Shown piece by piece: positions 62,352 to 64,000 of a DNA stretch of 64,000 nt (the stretch's first letter is position 1; each line of letters opens with the position of its first letter). This stretch comes from Clostridia bacterium (GTDB lineage Bacteria > Bacillota > Clostridia > UMGS1883): the NCBI GenBank assembly GCA_017440585.1, contig JAFSGW010000098.1:5640-69639 (forward strand), given 5' to 3'. Under the pieces are notes generated by a model. That model was not told the DNA's origin. It made no database searches and was given only the letters and a program-made list of their open reading frames with translations. The position numbers and the translations under genes were made by a program.

Positions 62352-64000
62352 TTACCAAATTTTTAAATGATTAAGTGTATTTCCCCATTTATCGGTGGCA
62401 TTTGCCTCAATAATTTTACGTATTCCCAGAACAAAAAAGCTACACATTGCATCGGCACCGCGGCTTGACAGGTGCATCATGTCACCGGGAGCATTTTTCT
62501 CATAGTCCCAGAGATGATAAAGCTTATAAACCTCGCTTCTTCCCACCTCGGAGAACCAGCCCGAGGAAAGATCAGTAAGGTCAACATAGAAACAGCCCTT
62601 TTCCTCTGCAAGAAGCCTTACCGCATCAAAGAATTCCGAATATGCACCTCCGTCAGACTTACCCATGTCGCCTTCCTCGCCCCAGCCGTAGCCTGCAGAA
62701 ATCTGCGGGCTTACAAGGATGGGGATAATGCCCTTTGCCACGCTGCGGTCAAGCATTTCCCCAAGGGAGGCTTTCATCTTCTCAACCGTGGACTTATCGT
62801 GGTCATTTATGCCAAACTGCACAATGAAAATATCGCCCTTTTCCCCTTCCTTTTCAATTACGGGGAAGCTGTTTATAAGCCAGTTTTCAGCCCAGTCGCC
62901 TGAAGCGGCAAGGTTCATAACACGGGCATCCACGTATTTTTCAAGAAGCATTCCCCAGCCGGTCATAACCGTGCCGTCTGCCTCCTGCCCCGTTCTTAAA
63001 AGAGGGTAGTAGTTGCACACGGTGGAGTCACCGCCCATGAATATGCGGGGCTTTTTTTCATTTATAATATTGCTTTCACGGAGCATAATAAAATCAAGCT
63101 TATCAGTAAGCCCCTTCACAGTAACATTAAATTCACCGCCCGTGAAATGATAGCGGTCAAAGGTGTGTATTGCCGCATCAACCACCTGCTGTGTACCGGG
63201 CATGTCAAGGTTTGAGGCTATGAGGTAATTGTCAAAATAAACGCTTGCCTTCAAAGGCTCTGTTTTCCTCACTGTTATATCGTATTCACCGGGAAGAGCA
63301 GTTGCCTTAAAGGGGGTATCTTTTGTGGCAAATGCATTTGCATTAAAGGTAAACACAGGTGTTATCTGCAATGCTTCGCAGGAGGTAAAGCTGACGTTTA
63401 CCTTTCCGTTTACGCTTTTTGTGACAATGGCTTTTCCGTCGTCAAAAAGCATGCCCTCGCAAGCTACGCCTACACCGCCCTTTGCATAAACGGCAAAGGT
63501 GTCTGTAAGGCGGTTTTCCACAGTAACGTCAAAGCTCTTATTCCATTCACCGGGCTGTATGGTGTATGTACGGCTGAGGCTTATTTTAAGGTTATCTCTT
63601 ACAGTTGCAATTTCATTAAGTGCAAGGAAAACCTCGTAGGCACACATTTTGTTTGCCGCTTCCGTGAGGGAAAGGGTTGACTTGTAGATGGATGATGCAC
63701 CGTTTGAGCCTGCACGGGTTGCCATAGTGGCAGTAAGTGCGGCAAGGTCAATATATGTAACAGCCTTGCTTTTTGCAAAATTACGTGTTGTTTCCGTATA
63801 GAAATTTTTTGTTTCCGCCATCTGACCTGTAAGTGTATTAAAACGCATGGTGCTGCATACAGAGGCAAAAATCACCTCTGCACCATTTTTTGCGATAGCC
63901 TCCGTTACTTCTTCAAGTGCCTTTTTGAATTCCGCATTCTTGTCAGAGGGGCGGTCCTTTTCCAGTATACCGTAGGAAAGGATAACCACATCGCCCTTTT
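62352..64000 (-). CDS. SGNH/GDSL hydrolase (rhamnogalacturonan-acetylesterase/CE12-like), 5' end probably outside the window
   Basis: The C-terminal SGNH domain has block I IFMGGDSTVCNY, block III FGINDH and block V GDMMHLS. A middle beta-sandwich-like region is present. The N-terminal part looks like the tail of a second SGNH-like domain, and the frame stays open to the window edge. Confidence 0.78.
   Translation of the reverse strand, partial: KGDVVILSYGILEKDRPSDKNAEFKKALEEVTEAIAKNGAEVIFASVCSTMRFNTLTGQMAETKNFYTETTRNFAKSKAVTYIDLAALTATMATRAGSNGASSIYKSTLSLTEAANKMCAYEVFLALNEIATVRDNLKISLSRTYTIQPGEWNKSFDVTVENRLTDTFAVYAKGGVGVACEGMLFDDGKAIVTKSVNGKVNVSFTSCEALQITPVFTFNANAFATKDTPFKATALPGEYDITVRKTEPLKASVYFDNYLIASNLDMPGTQQVVDAAIHTFDRYHFTGGEFNVTVKGLTDKLDFIMLRESNIINEKKPRIFMGGDSTVCNYYPLLRTGQEADGTVMTGWGMLLEKYVDARVMNLAASGDWAENWLINSFPVIEKEGEKGDIFIVQFGINDHDKSTVEKMKASLGEMLDRSVAKGIIPILVSPQISAGYGWGEEGDMGKSDGGAYSEFFDAVRLLAEEKGCFYVDLTDLSSGWFSEVGRSEVYKLYHLWDYEKNAPGDMMHLSSRGADAMCSFFVLGIRKIIEANATDKWGNTLNHLKIW

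Noticed and set aside
1-64000. Search for mobile elements, prophage, toxin-antitoxin or defence islands
   Set aside because: I recognised no integrase, transposase, recombinase, phage structural, restriction-modification, cas, or nuclease/ATPase defence-type genes among the ORFs. The orphan RHH gene has no partner toxin ORF. The accessory-looking regions are surface-protein loci rather than mobile DNA.

Overview
This 64-kb chromosomal window appears to come from a spore-forming Clostridia-type Firmicute, judging by spoIIGA-sigE, yqfC/yqfD, ylbJ, many consensus sigma-A promoters, strong GGAGG ribosome-binding sites and about 45% GC by eye. Most of it is housekeeping. It holds rnc and a split histidine regulon (hisD, a divergent hisB-like gene and a HAD hydrolase at 1.1-4.3 kb; hisZ-hisG-hisH-hisF at 43.3-46.5 kb). 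It also holds the conserved yqfC-yqfD-phoH-pgpH-ybeY-dgkA-X-era block, a zur-znuACB zinc operon, degV, carD-ispD-ispF, aroB-aroA-aroC-pheA, malQ, htpG and a glycyl-radical enzyme pair that resembles trans-4-hydroxy-L-proline dehydratase. P5C dehydrogenase, nadE, pyrE and one tRNA-Asn are also present. Two accessory-looking blocks (38.1-43.0 kb and 54.7-64.0 kb) encode SLH-anchored surface proteins together with GH16 and SGNH/CE12-like enzymes. I saw no transposase, integrase, CRISPR array, rRNA or recognisable defence genes. The observations most worth follow-up are all non-coding. (1) Two arrays of five mini-hairpins separated by a conserved 7-nt word lie between a minus-strand stop codon and its terminator (17311-17421 and 37982-38069). 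(2) A 198-bp element bracketed by perfect 14-bp inverted repeats is packed with TTTTCCACA DnaA-box-like motifs (814-1011). (3) A roughly 115-nt structured element with conserved ends occurs twice, each time inside an operon spacer (2446-2561 and 34974-35085). (4) A promoter, a 172-nt structured leader and an intrinsic terminator precede an orphan ribbon-helix-helix gene (12403-12609). Protein functions are assigned from motifs I recognise by eye, not from database searches.
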